DNA of 39,203 bases, taken from NCBI GenBank assembly GCA_964657355.1, contig CAZZVF010000002.1, forward strand, positions 1 through 39,203. Direction: 5' to 3'. Under the pieces are notes generated by a model. The model was not told the origin of the DNA and did not search any database. It worked only from the letters and a program-made list of their open reading frames with translations. Of the stretch, positions 9,726 through 18,641 are shown piece by piece (position 1 is the first letter of the stretch; the number at the start of each line of letters is the position of its first letter). This stretch comes from an uncultured Buchnera sp. Lineage in GTDB: Bacteria > Pseudomonadota > Alphaproteobacteria > Acetobacterales > Acetobacteraceae. The translations under genes were made by a program, and so were the position numbers.

Positions 9726-10974
9726 GCGCAGCTCGGGCTGCATTGAGGACGCCGTAGAGGAACCACAGCACGGCGGCCGTCTTGACCGAGAAAAACGACG
9801 CGCTGATGCAGAGCGACAGCGACATGTAGAGAGCGACCGCGGCGAGATATCGGCTCGCCGCGATGTTCCGCGATCCCCCGCCTACAACGCAAAACCAGAG
9901 CGCTGCTGCGGCAACAAGGCCAATGTTGCCAATGACGTAGGTGTAGCCGGTGTCCATCGAGATCTGATGGTCTTCGGCAATACCCAGCCACTGTTGCAGT
10001 CCCCAATTGTCCAGGAGTGATCCCGAGCCGAAGAGCCGTCCCGCGACGCTGTTGTCGACCTCTCGAGCGGACAGGCTGCCGAAGATCATCAGGCCGGCAA
10101 TGAAGACGAAGGGCATGATGCGGATCAGCAACCGTGATTTCCACAGCGGCGTCGCCAGAAAGGCTCCTACGGCAAGGGCGGAGAGGATGGCGAATCGCGC
10201 ATCCGCTAGGACGCCGATTGCGAGTCCGGTCGCCAGCAAGGCCATGCCACTGAGGCGGTAATCGCGGCGCGCGAAAACCCATGCGGCGCAGATTGTAGTG
10301 AAATTGCCTGCAGACACGGGCTCGAGGAAAACAGAACCCACGCGGTGAAGGCTGAGAATGCCGCCGAGTAGCTGGCGGCCCTGCATCTCGGGGCGGACGC
10401 CGTTTTCGGCCAGTGTCGTGCCGGTGTCGCCGGCATGCTGGGCGTCGAGCGCGCCTTTGCCGACGTAATAATCAAACACGTGAAACCAGTGCTCAAAGCT
10501 GTCGAAGGCAAACATTTCGTAGAGGCCGAAGACGAAGACGAGTCCTGTTAGCGCCCACATGATGCGGTTGGCGCGGGCAGTATCGCGAAAGCGCAGGCCC
10601 AGGCATGCGAAGCCGCCCGCGACAGCGAACTCGACGAGAACTTTGACGTCCGTCGTGCCGCTGAACATGAGAAGCGCTGCCGTGTCGAGTGCGAGCAGCA
10701 GGCCCGGCACGAGCAGGAGCGGAAGCGCGATGTTGCGGGAAAGCAGCAGTGAAGCTGCTACTGCAGCGAGTTCGGCGCCGGCGATGAGCGGCAGTCCGAC
10801 GTGAACTCCCTGCGTGGCGATAAAACAAAGCGCGCAATTGAACACCATGGCGAAGGCGACGCTTGCAGCGGCCGCTAAGCTCAGTGTGTCCCATTCCTCC
10901 CGCGCCGGCTTGGCGCGGCTGCTTGAAAGAGCCAACGCAGTTTTGGCGGCGATCAAGTTGCCCGACTGCTTCAT
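9556..10974 (-). CDS. Wzy-type polysaccharide polymerase (GumE-like)
   Basis: Many TM segments, a periplasmic loop and the motif HRVGSVFLEPVSAGNF, plus DNSVAGRL and DTGYTY. ATGA-coupled to the upstream GT4. Confidence 0.8.
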   Translation of the reverse strand: MKQSGNLIAAKTALALSSSRAKPAREEWDTLSLAAAASVAFAMVFNCALCFIATQGVHVGLPLIAGAELAAVAASLLLSRNIALPLLLVPGLLLALDTAALLMFSGTTDVKVLVEFAVAGGFACLGLRFRDTARANRIMWALTGLVFVFGLYEMFAFDSFEHWFHVFDYYVGKGALDAQHAGDTGTTLAENGVRPEMQGRQLLGGILSLHRVGSVFLEPVSAGNFTTICAAWVFARRDYRLSGMALLATGLAIGVLADARFAILSALAVGAFLATPLWKSRLLIRIMPFVFIAGLMIFGSLSAREVDNSVAGRLFGSGSLLDNWGLQQWLGIAEDHQISMDTGYTYVIGNIGLVAAAALWFCVVGGGSRNIAASRYLAAVALYMSLSLCISASFFSVKTAAVLWFLYGVLNAARAAPNQPGRPMAFERPPASPHLAPNVLKPPLFQRATPVGRSTLRLRDGTPSNRSVQRRY

Positions 10975-11987
10975 GCCGCTTTCCGCGCGGGATGTGCGGC
11001 AATCAGGGAGTCGTAGAGCGACTTATGGCGATTGGCGATTGCGGTCCAGCTCATAGTCTGCGGGGGTGTTTCCGGCGGCAATGCTGTCGTTGTGGCCAGC
11101 AGCGCTGCGGCGGCCGCCTCGGGAGAAGCCGCGTCGAGGATGGCTGCCCGCAGCCAGTCGGGTGTTTGTGGCCCGGTTGGCGCAATGACCCGCACGCCGT
11201 TCAGCATGGAGGCGAGCAACGATCCACGGCGTTCAGTTGCTGCGTCCGGGAACGGCAGGTAGGCAAAGCCTGTCTGCTTGAGGATCGCCGCGACCTCGTC
11301 TGGTGCCAGAGCGATGTGCAAAGTGATGCAGAGGCCCCGCGCTTCATCGAGCAAGGAGGCTGCAAACTGCTCTGCTCCAACCGGGATCGCTCCGATGAGA
11401 GAAATTGCGTAAGTGGGATCTGCGGCCTTGACGATGCGGGCGAAGCGGAGGAATTGCTCAACGCCTTTGCCCTGCATGATCAAGCCGAAATAACACACTG
11501 ATCTGGAAGTCCGCGGGAGATCCGGGCCTTCGGGTATATTACTGCCGATGGGTATGATCAAAGTTTGCGCTCGCGCCTTGGGATACCGCTTGTGGAAAGT
11601 GGCCTCCTCGAACGCGCTCGTGAAAACGATAGCGTCCGCCTTGTAAGCGTAAGTCGCGAACCATGGCCACCGATAGAACCGGAAGATGCTGAATTCGTGC
11701 AATGTGACGACAAACGGCTTGTTGCGCACAAGTAACGGCAGCAGAGGCGGCATCACTGAGCGCCCGAAGCCAAATGTCGGGTATTGCACGTGGATGACAT
11801 CCGCCGCGCTCCTGCGCATGATGGTCGCGGCCCGGCCGGCGGTGCTGCTGCCGAGCGGTATCTCCTGGTCGCCGGTTCTCAGTACGCCAACACCTTCGGC
11901 CTCAAGGCTGGAGGCGAGCATCGCGGCATAGTCACCGACGCCGCAACGTTGTGGTGGCCAGGATCCGCTGACGATTTGCACGATCAT
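10971..11987 (-). CDS. Glycosyltransferase, GT-B fold (GT4-like)
   Basis: GSWPPQRCGVGDYA, HVQYPTFGFG, VVTLHEF, IPIGSNIP, YFGLIMQGKGVE and LPFPDAATERRGSLLA. Confidence 0.85.
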   Translation of the reverse strand: MIVQIVSGSWPPQRCGVGDYAAMLASSLEAEGVGVLRTGDQEIPLGSSTAGRAATIMRRSAADVIHVQYPTFGFGRSVMPPLLPLLVRNKPFVVTLHEFSIFRFYRWPWFATYAYKADAIVFTSAFEEATFHKRYPKARAQTLIIPIGSNIPEGPDLPRTSRSVCYFGLIMQGKGVEQFLRFARIVKAADPTYAISLIGAIPVGAEQFAASLLDEARGLCITLHIALAPDEVAAILKQTGFAYLPFPDAATERRGSLLASMLNGVRVIAPTGPQTPDWLRAAILDAASPEAAAAALLATTTALPPETPPQTMSWTAIANRHKSLYDSLIAAHPARKAA

Positions 11988-12061
11988 TGAGGAGCGTTCA
12001 TTTTTCGGCTGTATTCATGGCGACCAGTTGGGCGTAGCCACAAAACTTGCCGGAGCTGCTG

Positions 12062-13018
12062 ATGTCCATGAGTGTCACGTCCATGAGTGCCGGCCGCTAC
12101 GGCGAACCGCTCCTCGATCTTGCCACCTTCTGGGCTGGACCGACATTGCCGGCCCTCGACCGCGCGTGCCTCGCCTCTTTCGCGAACCATGGGCATAACG
12201 TTACGCTTTACAGCTTTGAGGAAGTTCGTGGGCTGCCGGACGGGGTGATGTGGCGCGATGCCGCCGGCATTGTGCCGAGGGAGAGCGTCGACGCCTTCAT
12301 CTACCAGGGTCGCCCGAACCTCAGCCACTTCTCCGACTATTTCCGCTACAGGCTTTTCACGGCTACGGGCGAAACGTGGGTCGACACTGACATGGTTTCG
12401 CTGAGGGCCGCTCCTGCCGTGCTGGTTTGCGAGCGGAATGGCAACTCGCTGTTCGCCAAGGAAACGCCGCGGAGCATTTGCGGCGCGATCATGCGCATCG
12501 ACAATTCCGACAGCAAGCTGATCGAGCTGCTTTCCCGCACTGAACGGCTGATGAACACGGAGCTTGTCTGGGGCGCGACCGGGCCGCGGCTGCTGAACCA
12601 GGTGCTCGGCTTGTCGTCCATGTTGGACCGGGCATATGGGCCGGAGATTTTTTACCCGGTGCATTACGATTTGTTCTGGAAGCCGTTGTTGCCGGAATAC
12701 GCTGACGAATGTGCGGCTCTGAGTTCGACGGCGTTCACGCTGCATCTTTGGAACAATATCGTCGTGAGGCTGGGTTACTGGAAGGAACTTGCACCGCCGG
12801 AGGGTTCGTTTCTCGCCGCCGCATTGAAGGATGCCGGCGTGCTCCACCTGTTCAGGGATACCTACCCTGTCGATGTCATGCGACACATGGTCGACAATTG
12901 GCTGTTCAGAAAGAGCGGCGGCGATATTGGGGTCTTGAAGGTCGTGCGGCAGTTTGGCCCCAGCGTCGTACGCACCTTTGGACCCCGCATCCGGGGCTTC
13001 ATGCAACGGCGTAGCTGA
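12062..13018 (+). CDS. DXD glycosyltransferase, GT32/alpha-1,4-glycosyltransferase-like
   Basis: FWAGPTLPALDRACLASF, HFSDYFRYRLF...GETWVDTD (DXD), WGATGPRLL and TLHLWN. ATG 12062 follows GGAG. Confidence 0.8.
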   Translation: MSMSVTSMSAGRYGEPLLDLATFWAGPTLPALDRACLASFANHGHNVTLYSFEEVRGLPDGVMWRDAAGIVPRESVDAFIYQGRPNLSHFSDYFRYRLFTATGETWVDTDMVSLRAAPAVLVCERNGNSLFAKETPRSICGAIMRIDNSDSKLIELLSRTERLMNTELVWGATGPRLLNQVLGLSSMLDRAYGPEIFYPVHYDLFWKPLLPEYADECAALSSTAFTLHLWNNIVVRLGYWKELAPPEGSFLAAALKDAGVLHLFRDTYPVDVMRHMVDNWLFRKSGGDIGVLKVVRQFGPSVVRTFGPRIRGFMQRRS

Positions 13019-13037
13019 AGCGCCGGGCGAATGCGTT

Positions 13038-13895
13038 TCAGGCATGTTTCTCGTCCCTAAGCAGGCGATGCGCACGCGCCAGGCCGCGCAGGAACTTAAG
13101 TCTTGCTGCCTCGCCTCTCGCGATTCCACGGTCGGCCCGCCCAAGTTTACTCTCGAACTCTGCGCCTGAAAGGACAGGGTGATGCACCAGGCCGTCAGGT
13201 GCTGCTTGCTCCAGCCTTTCACCCTGTTGCACATTCAAGAACCCGAAGCTGTCTTCCGTGACGAGGCGCCGTCCGAAGTCGTTAAGGTCCCGCACCGAGA
13301 AGCCGCCGCGTACAAGGATCGTCGAAACGAATGTTTCGTCGTTCGGCCACATAATCCTCGCGGCGGGATGCCATCGAAGCTGCCGTCGTTGCTCGAGGCA
13401 ATAATCCGCCGCAGCTGCAGACATTCGGCAAAACGCGAAGAAACAGCGAAAGACGCTTGGCGTCATCCAGCGCATCGTCGGTTGCCAGAAATGCTCACGC
13501 TCGGCACGTTTCACGAACGGGGCAATGAAGTCGGCCGAAACATTGTTGAAGCCATCGAAGAGATCGCCATAGCTGGTGAAGCCGAAACGAACGTCGGGCT
13601 CGACCAGCCAAAAGTACCCGACGTCCGGCAGCGTCTTGCGGGCGAGATAGAAGCCGTAATCACCACACCGCCATGCTGCATCGGGCGGGCAGTGCAGCCT
13701 CAGGCTCTGCAGGATCCCGGGTTGAAAGCTGATCTTGCCGAACGGCGCCGTCTCGACCGTGCCGCGTGTTTCATCGGCGACGATGTGGACTTGTAGCCCC
13801 GTCTGCATCGTCATGCGATGCGCGAAAGCACGCTCCTGTTCGTTGAAGCGGTGGGTTCTCAGGAGGATTACCGTGTTCGTGGCGATGTGTGTCAC
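13038..13895 (-). CDS. Hypothetical protein, putative GT-A glycosyltransferase (DUF3405-like), paralogue 2
   Basis: 285 aa with a 4-bp overlap with the upstream paralogue. Motifs WRCGDYGFY, YFWLVEPDVRF, WPNDETFVST and HHPVL. The function is inferred. Confidence 0.6.
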   Translation of the reverse strand: MTHIATNTVILLRTHRFNEQERAFAHRMTMQTGLQVHIVADETRGTVETAPFGKISFQPGILQSLRLHCPPDAAWRCGDYGFYLARKTLPDVGYFWLVEPDVRFGFTSYGDLFDGFNNVSADFIAPFVKRAEREHFWQPTMRWMTPSVFRCFFAFCRMSAAAADYCLEQRRQLRWHPAARIMWPNDETFVSTILVRGGFSVRDLNDFGRRLVTEDSFGFLNVQQGERLEQAAPDGLVHHPVLSGAEFESKLGRADRGIARGEAARLKFLRGLARAHRLLRDEKHA

Positions 13896-14923
13896 GGTCG
13901 TGCTTGGCGCTCTGGCAATTGGGCGCCGCGAAAGCGATCCCGTAGCGCGTCAATCCTGCATTGAACGGCTTCGAAGCGCTCACGCACTCGCATCCGTGCG
14001 CGGGTGAACGCGGCCCTCGCGAGTAAGGGCGCATAGTCTTCGGTCGGAAATCGCGCGAGCTTTCGACGCAATGCGCTGCCCTTGTCGAAATAGGCCGGCA
14101 GGCTGTTTTCGAAGCGGAGCAAGCTATGGATGTAGCTGGCTTTCTCGAGCACCGGATGCAGGAAACCAGGACGGCCTGTCTCGTCGACATCTTCCTCGAG
14201 CAATGGCGGAAACCACTCGTAACCATCGGTATCGCCGAACTCGGAAAGCGATATGAACTTGTAACCGGCCTTGGCGATCTCGGTAGCGGCGAACACCTCA
14301 TTGCCTGGCCAGAACGGAACCTCGCTTCTGCGGTCCTCGTCCGACATTGCAATGCGACGTTCCTTGAGATGATCCAGGGCGCGCGCGGAGTAGAGGGAAA
14401 TACAGTTCAACGAACCTCGGACGGCATCGTAACCATAGGTCCGCGCGTGATAGCGGGTCCACATCCACTCGGCCTTCGGTTGACGGGTCGGAAGCGAGAC
14501 CATATCCGCTGCGGCCGCCTGGGCTGCAGCGACAAAGCTGTCGATCGATCCAATGATCCTCGTGTCGTATTCGACGCAAAGATAATAATCGAAGCCGGGC
14601 TGCCGATCGCGCACAAAGTAATTCTGGTAGTCGGTGTTCCACCAGAGCAGGGACCCACGCTCGGCACGATCGGCCAGGCCCATGGCGATCAGGTCGGCGT
14701 TCGTGGTTCTGATGAGGAGAGGGTCGGAGACACCACCGAAGTTCCGTCCGGTTTCGTCGAGCACGAGAAATACCGGTGCGGATCCGCACTGCTCGCGGTA
14801 GCGCGCGAGTTGCCGCGCGACGAAGGGATCCCACCGGTGCGACTTGAACACGACGGCGAAATTCGGCGATCGGATCCCGGTCATGCCCTGGTCATCCGCA
14901 TCAGGCTTGGATCGAGAACTCAC
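13892..14923 (-). CDS. Hypothetical protein, putative GT-A glycosyltransferase (DUF3405-like), paralogue 1
   Basis: GTG 14923 overlaps the flippase stop (GTGA) and follows GGAGG; ATG 14884 is an alternative. Motifs WWNTDYQNY, FDYYLCVEYDTRI, WPGNEVFAAT and FLHPVL. Confidence 0.6.
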   Translation of the reverse strand: MSSRSKPDADDQGMTGIRSPNFAVVFKSHRWDPFVARQLARYREQCGSAPVFLVLDETGRNFGGVSDPLLIRTTNADLIAMGLADRAERGSLLWWNTDYQNYFVRDRQPGFDYYLCVEYDTRIIGSIDSFVAAAQAAAADMVSLPTRQPKAEWMWTRYHARTYGYDAVRGSLNCISLYSARALDHLKERRIAMSDEDRRSEVPFWPGNEVFAATEIAKAGYKFISLSEFGDTDGYEWFPPLLEEDVDETGRPGFLHPVLEKASYIHSLLRFENSLPAYFDKGSALRRKLARFPTEDYAPLLARAAFTRARMRVRERFEAVQCRIDALRDRFRGAQLPERQARP

Positions 14924-16407
14924 CGAACCTCCTGCGAAACCGGAGTGTGAGACGTGCGCCCGGTAACCTTGGCGAAGATCGTCTGCGATGCCACACGCAG
15001 ATTTGGGTCCATCGCGATGCCGGCAAGCAGGAAGACACACCCCATCGCGGCCGACATGAACAGCGAGGCGGTCCAGGCCAGCGATGTTGTTTCGGCAAAA
15101 ATGCAGCACGCGACCATCAGGATTAATGCCGGAAGTGCGCGTGCCAAAGTCGGCGTGAAGCAGCGGCCGAGCCACAGCAAAGCGATGCAATCACCGGCGA
15201 CGCGTAAGGTCCAGGCCAGTGCGGCTCCGGGCAGACCGGCTAGATGGATGAGCAGGACGAGGCCGCCTATGAAAGGCACGACTTCCGCCGCATGGACTTT
15301 GGCAGTGAGATCCGGCCGCCCCTGACCCTGGATCAATCCGTAGGGCATGAAGCCAATGCCGTTTGCCCATGCTCCCAACATGAGGATTTCAGCCACCGGC
15401 TGCGACACCGCGGCGAAGGTGTCGCCGACCCAGACGCGCACAAATGGTCCGCAAAACAGGATTGCCGGGCCGCAAACTGCACCAAAGCCATAGGCCAGTG
15501 AAACGACCGCCTGTTCGGTGACGTCGCGCGCTTCTGCTGGCGATGCCCGCGACACGCGGGGAAACAACGTGCGCGCCAAAGCGGTGGCGACCACCTGGCT
15601 TCGCATCGAAAGGTTCATCGGCACGGCGTAATGGGCAATGGCAACGGGTCCGAGCAGCCGTCCGATCAGGACCTGATCAAGGCTGTCCAACAGCGGCGAC
15701 AGCAGGCTCGATACGCTGACCCAGGCGCCATAGCCGAACAGGCGCTTTGCCCAGGCGAGATGAAAGTCGAACAGGCGGAGCGGCCATTCGCTCCAGATTG
15801 CGACACCATAGATCATGACGACGACGAGCAGCCGTGCCAACAGTGTCGCCGGTATCAACACGTTCAAGGTTGGCCCGAATTGATACGCGCAGAGCAGTGG
15901 AAGCACCTGGCCCATGACGGTGCCGGCGGCGTTGAGCAGGTTCGACTGCAGAAAACGCTCGCGCGATTCAAGTGATCCTGACGCGACGCTGAGAACCATG
16001 CCAAGCGGTAGCATTGGGACCATCCAGGGGAACGCTGCCATGGTTTCTTCAGCGAGTGGGCCGGTCAGCTTGAATACGTGCAACAGCAGGAAATGGCCGC
16101 CGAAATACAGGATCAAGCCGCCCACGAAGCCGAGGCTGAGGTTCAGGTAGAATGCCGTCATGAAGACGGGGGAGCGTTCGGATGGTGGAGCGTGGCCGAG
16201 CCGCCCCAACGCGTTTGCGGATGCGCGGGAGAGGCCGAAATCCAGGAAGCCGAAATAGCCGAGCAGGATCCAGGTGATGGAGACAACGCCGTAGCGTGCG
16301 GCGCCGATTTCACGAATGTAAAACGGCACCGTAATCAGCGCCGACAGGATCGGCAGCGCGGAGCCGACGATGTTGTAGAACAGGTTCTTGTGAAAATGCG
16401 TTTTCAC
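14920..16407 (-). CDS. wzx: Wzx oligosaccharide flippase
   Basis: 495 aa hydrophobic MOP/PST exporter with KNLFYNIVGSALP, GAARYGV, FGFLDFGLSRA, LDQVLIGRLLGPVAIAHYAVP and QGQGRPDLTAK. Confidence 0.9.
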   Translation of the reverse strand: MKTHFHKNLFYNIVGSALPILSALITVPFYIREIGAARYGVVSITWILLGYFGFLDFGLSRASANALGRLGHAPPSERSPVFMTAFYLNLSLGFVGGLILYFGGHFLLLHVFKLTGPLAEETMAAFPWMVPMLPLGMVLSVASGSLESRERFLQSNLLNAAGTVMGQVLPLLCAYQFGPTLNVLIPATLLARLLVVVMIYGVAIWSEWPLRLFDFHLAWAKRLFGYGAWVSVSSLLSPLLDSLDQVLIGRLLGPVAIAHYAVPMNLSMRSQVVATALARTLFPRVSRASPAEARDVTEQAVVSLAYGFGAVCGPAILFCGPFVRVWVGDTFAAVSQPVAEILMLGAWANGIGFMPYGLIQGQGRPDLTAKVHAAEVVPFIGGLVLLIHLAGLPGAALAWTLRVAGDCIALLWLGRCFTPTLARALPALILMVACCIFAETTSLAWTASLFMSAAMGCVFLLAGIAMDPNLRVASQTIFAKVTGRTSHTPVSQEVR

Positions 16408-16416
16408 GAAGGCTGC

Positions 16417-17451
16417 TCAAGACCGAGGCTGAAAGTGACGGCGCAGAACGGCCATCTGCGGGGCGTCGCGCCCATCTTTCGGCTCGACGGAAAATCGGTA
16501 GTCGCCCCACCAGGCCCCAGCCGCCCAGTAAGTCCAGCCAAGCCAGACATCAGCGTTGCTGTCCATGTAGGTGAGCATCGCGTCGAGCGAGGCGAGGCAA
16601 GCCTCGCTGCGTGCGGCAGCGAATTCGCCGAGAAATCCATGTTCGTGATGAGCGCGCAGCCACTCGGTGGCCGGAGTGAGGGATGCCACCGCGGCGGCAG
16701 GATCGCGGCAATCGCCGTGTGTGCCGGACGAGTCCTGATCGAGGTACTGATGCAGCTCGATCGCAAGATGGTCGGCGGGGTCACGCAAAGCGGACAGAGC
16801 CGGTGCATTCGGCAGACCATCCGACGAGCCGGACACGAAATTATGTGCGCCGTCCCAGCCGACGCCTGAGGCGAGGATCAGTTGCCGGGCGCCGGTCGCA
16901 CGAATTGCGTCGATGGCCGCCTGGTCAGCACGCGCCCAGCTTGCCGTGTCGATATCGTGAGGCTCGTTCATCAGGCCGAAGATGACGCCTTCGCGATGGC
17001 TCCAGCGTGCTGCCAGTTGTTTCCATAAATCGGCGAATGCAGAAACCGGCACGTCCCGCGTGCCGACATGATGGCCGCGATAGGAGCCATAATCATGCAG
17101 GTCGACGACGACCGACAAACCGAGTGTGGCGGCCGTATCGAGCACGCTTTCGAGCTGCCGCATCTCCGCGGTGTCGAGTGGGTGGCCCAGCTGTGGTTGC
17201 AAGCGCTCCCACAAAACCGGCATGCGTATGGTCGACATGCCATAACCCGCAAAGAGCCGAAGCTGTTTCGAGCTCGGGTAGACATAGTCGAAATTGAGGC
17301 GGCCCGGGAGGGCGCCGGCGTTGATCTCGCCGCCCGATATATTTACGCCGCGCAACGCCGGTCCGACCGATGCAGAACAGGGCATTGCGAAGGCGAGAAC
17401 TGCGATCGCTGCCGGCGCCAGCCTGATCAAGCGGGATCGTTGCGGCTTCAT
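16417..17451 (-). CDS. Secreted GH5 endoglucanase (cellulase-like)
   Basis: ATG 17451 is ATGA-coupled to the GumH-like gene. Signal peptide, RGVNISGGE, RMPVLWERLQP, FGLMNEP (acid/base), ELHQYLD, GFLGEF (nucleophile) and WTYWAAGAWWG. Confidence 0.92.
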   Translation of the reverse strand: MKPQRSRLIRLAPAAIAVLAFAMPCSASVGPALRGVNISGGEINAGALPGRLNFDYVYPSSKQLRLFAGYGMSTIRMPVLWERLQPQLGHPLDTAEMRQLESVLDTAATLGLSVVVDLHDYGSYRGHHVGTRDVPVSAFADLWKQLAARWSHREGVIFGLMNEPHDIDTASWARADQAAIDAIRATGARQLILASGVGWDGAHNFVSGSSDGLPNAPALSALRDPADHLAIELHQYLDQDSSGTHGDCRDPAAAVASLTPATEWLRAHHEHGFLGEFAAARSEACLASLDAMLTYMDSNADVWLGWTYWAAGAWWGDYRFSVEPKDGRDAPQMAVLRRHFQPRS

Positions 17452-18602
17452 GTGGGTCTTGCCCGCATTTCGTCGCGGGCGACGCCGCGTGCAGAGATGG
17501 AGGCGTAGATGCGGACATACGCAGCGGCGGCAGTGGTCCAATCATAGGCCTGTGCAGCGCGGGCAATGTCGGCACGGGATTGGGTCTGGTGGCTGGTGGC
17601 GAGCAACCTGTCAGCGGCGGCGTTTGCGTGCAGCGGGTCGAACAGCACACCATGTCCAAGTTTCTGAACCAGCTTCCGGAAAGGCGGTATATCGCTCAAC
17701 ACCGGGATGAGGCCGGCGGATGCAGCCTCGACTGCAGCGATGCCGAAGCCTTCATGCGCCGATGCGCAGACGAACCATTGCGCCTGCGAGAGCTCGCGTG
17801 ACAGTGCGCAATCGTCCGGTCTTATACAGAAACGCACGGCATCGGTGACGCCGGCGAGCCGTGCCGCCTCGCGCAACGCTTCGGGTTGTTGGTCGGATGG
17901 GCTGCCGGCGACCACCAGGTGCCAGCCGGGTTCGCGCGCGAGCAAGGCTGCAAGAAGATCGAAAAGGGCGGCGATTCGCTTGTGCGCGGCGAAACGGCCG
18001 AAATAGAGCAACCTGCGCGGATCGGGATCCGCCTGCACGGCGGCTTCGAATTTCCGCAGGTCGGCGCCATTTTCAATGGTGCTGAGATTGCGAAGCCCGA
18101 GTGCTCCGAACATGGATGCGTCATTTTCGCTGCACGCGACGATCGCATCATATGCGGACGCAGAAGCGCGCGTGATCGTCTGGAACCACAGTCGTTTCAA
18201 GCGGGCCTGTTTTTCCGTGTGGAAGAAACCGCCATGGGTCGAGGCGACCAGTTTGCCGGAGTGCAGCCTGCGCGCAGCGGCCAGGAAGTCGAAGAAAAAG
18301 TCGATGCCGTGAACATGAACGACATCGGCGCCGCTGATGGCCCCAAGCACGGAGGGAGCGACCGGATAACGCGATGATCCTCTCCAGTGCAGACGGCGCA
18401 CGGGAGTCCCGCCGATGGTCTCTCGCGCAGGCAATTTGCGGGACGGATCTGTAAATACGCTGTCCAACGTGACGACACGCGCATCGAGACCATGCTGGTC
18501 CCGCTGCGCGCGTACAAGGTTGCGAACCGAGTCCTCGAGACCGCCGATCGATGGGTCAAACTGCCTGACGACATGGGCTACGGAGAGATTTCCGTTCACC
18601 AT
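17448..18602 (-). CDS. gumH: GT4 alpha-mannosyltransferase, GumH/AceC-like
   Basis: HVVRQFDPSIGGLED, GSSRYPVAPSVL, DVVHVHGIDFFFDFLA, STHGGFFHT and SAHEGFGIAAVEA (EX7E). Confidence 0.85.
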   Translation of the reverse strand: MVNGNLSVAHVVRQFDPSIGGLEDSVRNLVRAQRDQHGLDARVVTLDSVFTDPSRKLPARETIGGTPVRRLHWRGSSRYPVAPSVLGAISGADVVHVHGIDFFFDFLAAARRLHSGKLVASTHGGFFHTEKQARLKRLWFQTITRASASAYDAIVACSENDASMFGALGLRNLSTIENGADLRKFEAAVQADPDPRRLLYFGRFAAHKRIAALFDLLAALLAREPGWHLVVAGSPSDQQPEALREAARLAGVTDAVRFCIRPDDCALSRELSQAQWFVCASAHEGFGIAAVEAASAGLIPVLSDIPPFRKLVQKLGHGVLFDPLHANAAADRLLATSHQTQSRADIARAAQAYDWTTAAAAYVRIYASISARGVARDEMRARPT

Positions 18603-18641
18603 GCACCCCTTTCCCCAATGGCCCCTTGGTAAGCGAGGGCG

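Noticed and set aside
12031-13015. 8-bp direct repeat GGCGTAGC flanking the GT32-like gene as a possible target-site duplication
   Set aside because: The repeat is short and GC-rich, the second copy lies within the CDS, and there is no transposase or terminal inverted repeat.
11984-13234. 416-aa minus-strand ORF that would make the operon continuous
   Set aside because: It has no family motifs, while the plus-strand ORF over the same DNA has clear GT32-like motifs.
14924-15190. N-terminal extension of the 432-aa ORF
   Set aside because: It overlaps the wzx coding region. An RBS-supported GTG at 14923 is the better start.
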